Assembly (NCBI RefSeq): GCF_009914755.1
Contig: NC_060928.1
From: the human T2T-CHM13v2.0 reference genome, Homo sapiens
DNA length: 64,000 nucleotides
Reading direction: 5' to 3' (one strand)
The notes under the pieces were generated by a model. The model was not told the origin of the DNA. It did no database searches and was given only the letters and a program-made list of their open reading frames with translations. The translations under genes and the position numbers were made by a program. Shown here one piece after another: positions 63,861 through 64,000 of this stretch. The first letter of the stretch is position 1. Every line of letters starts with the position of its first letter.

Positions 63861-63939
63861 AAAGAATTTGCAGTTCTGTTTAAAAACTGCCATGGGGGAA
63901 ACTGCCCCAATGGGAGATGAGGTGTAGAAGACAAAGTCC

Positions 63940-64000
63940 TGAGAACACATGGACACATGGAGGGAACACACATACCAGGTCCTTTCTGAGGGTGGAGGGT
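63940..64000 (+). mobile_element. L1P 3' UTR fragment running off the window
   Basis: TGAGAACACATGGACACATGGAGGGAAC...GAGGGTGGAGGGT. Confidence 0.75.

Overview
Primate (almost certainly human-like) genomic DNA, dominated by interspersed repeats: about 35 Alu/FLAM copies plus L1, L2, MIR, MaLR and hAT/Tigger elements. No host protein-coding exon, RNA gene or CRISPR array can be supported. The supplied ORFs are mostly Alu/L1 artefacts or retroviral remnants. The main feature is a two-LTR HERV-K(HML-8)/MER11 provirus (41953-48636, +) with a 6-bp TSD, tRNA-Lys PBS and PPT. It carries a large gag-to-integrase deletion that is in frame, a ~280-bp deletion in the 5' LTR and an AluY in env, and it sits inside an older LTR33-like LTR. 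Next to it is an ERV-L remnant (49095-~52330, -). Its LTR contains a segment resembling APOA4 coding sequence. Its internal region holds an Alu carrying an unidentified 3'-UTR-like retrocopy, and an inverted integrase segment with a perfect 24-bp palindrome at the breakpoint. Elsewhere there are two microhomology-flanked templated insertions, an Alu with 122 bp of extra 5' sequence inside its TSD, an L1PA with a tiny 3' transduction and convergent CTCF motifs. I cannot demonstrate a new biological system; the best leads are listed as findings. Repeat subfamily names come from recall of consensus sequences, not a search, and boundaries of old repeats are approximate.
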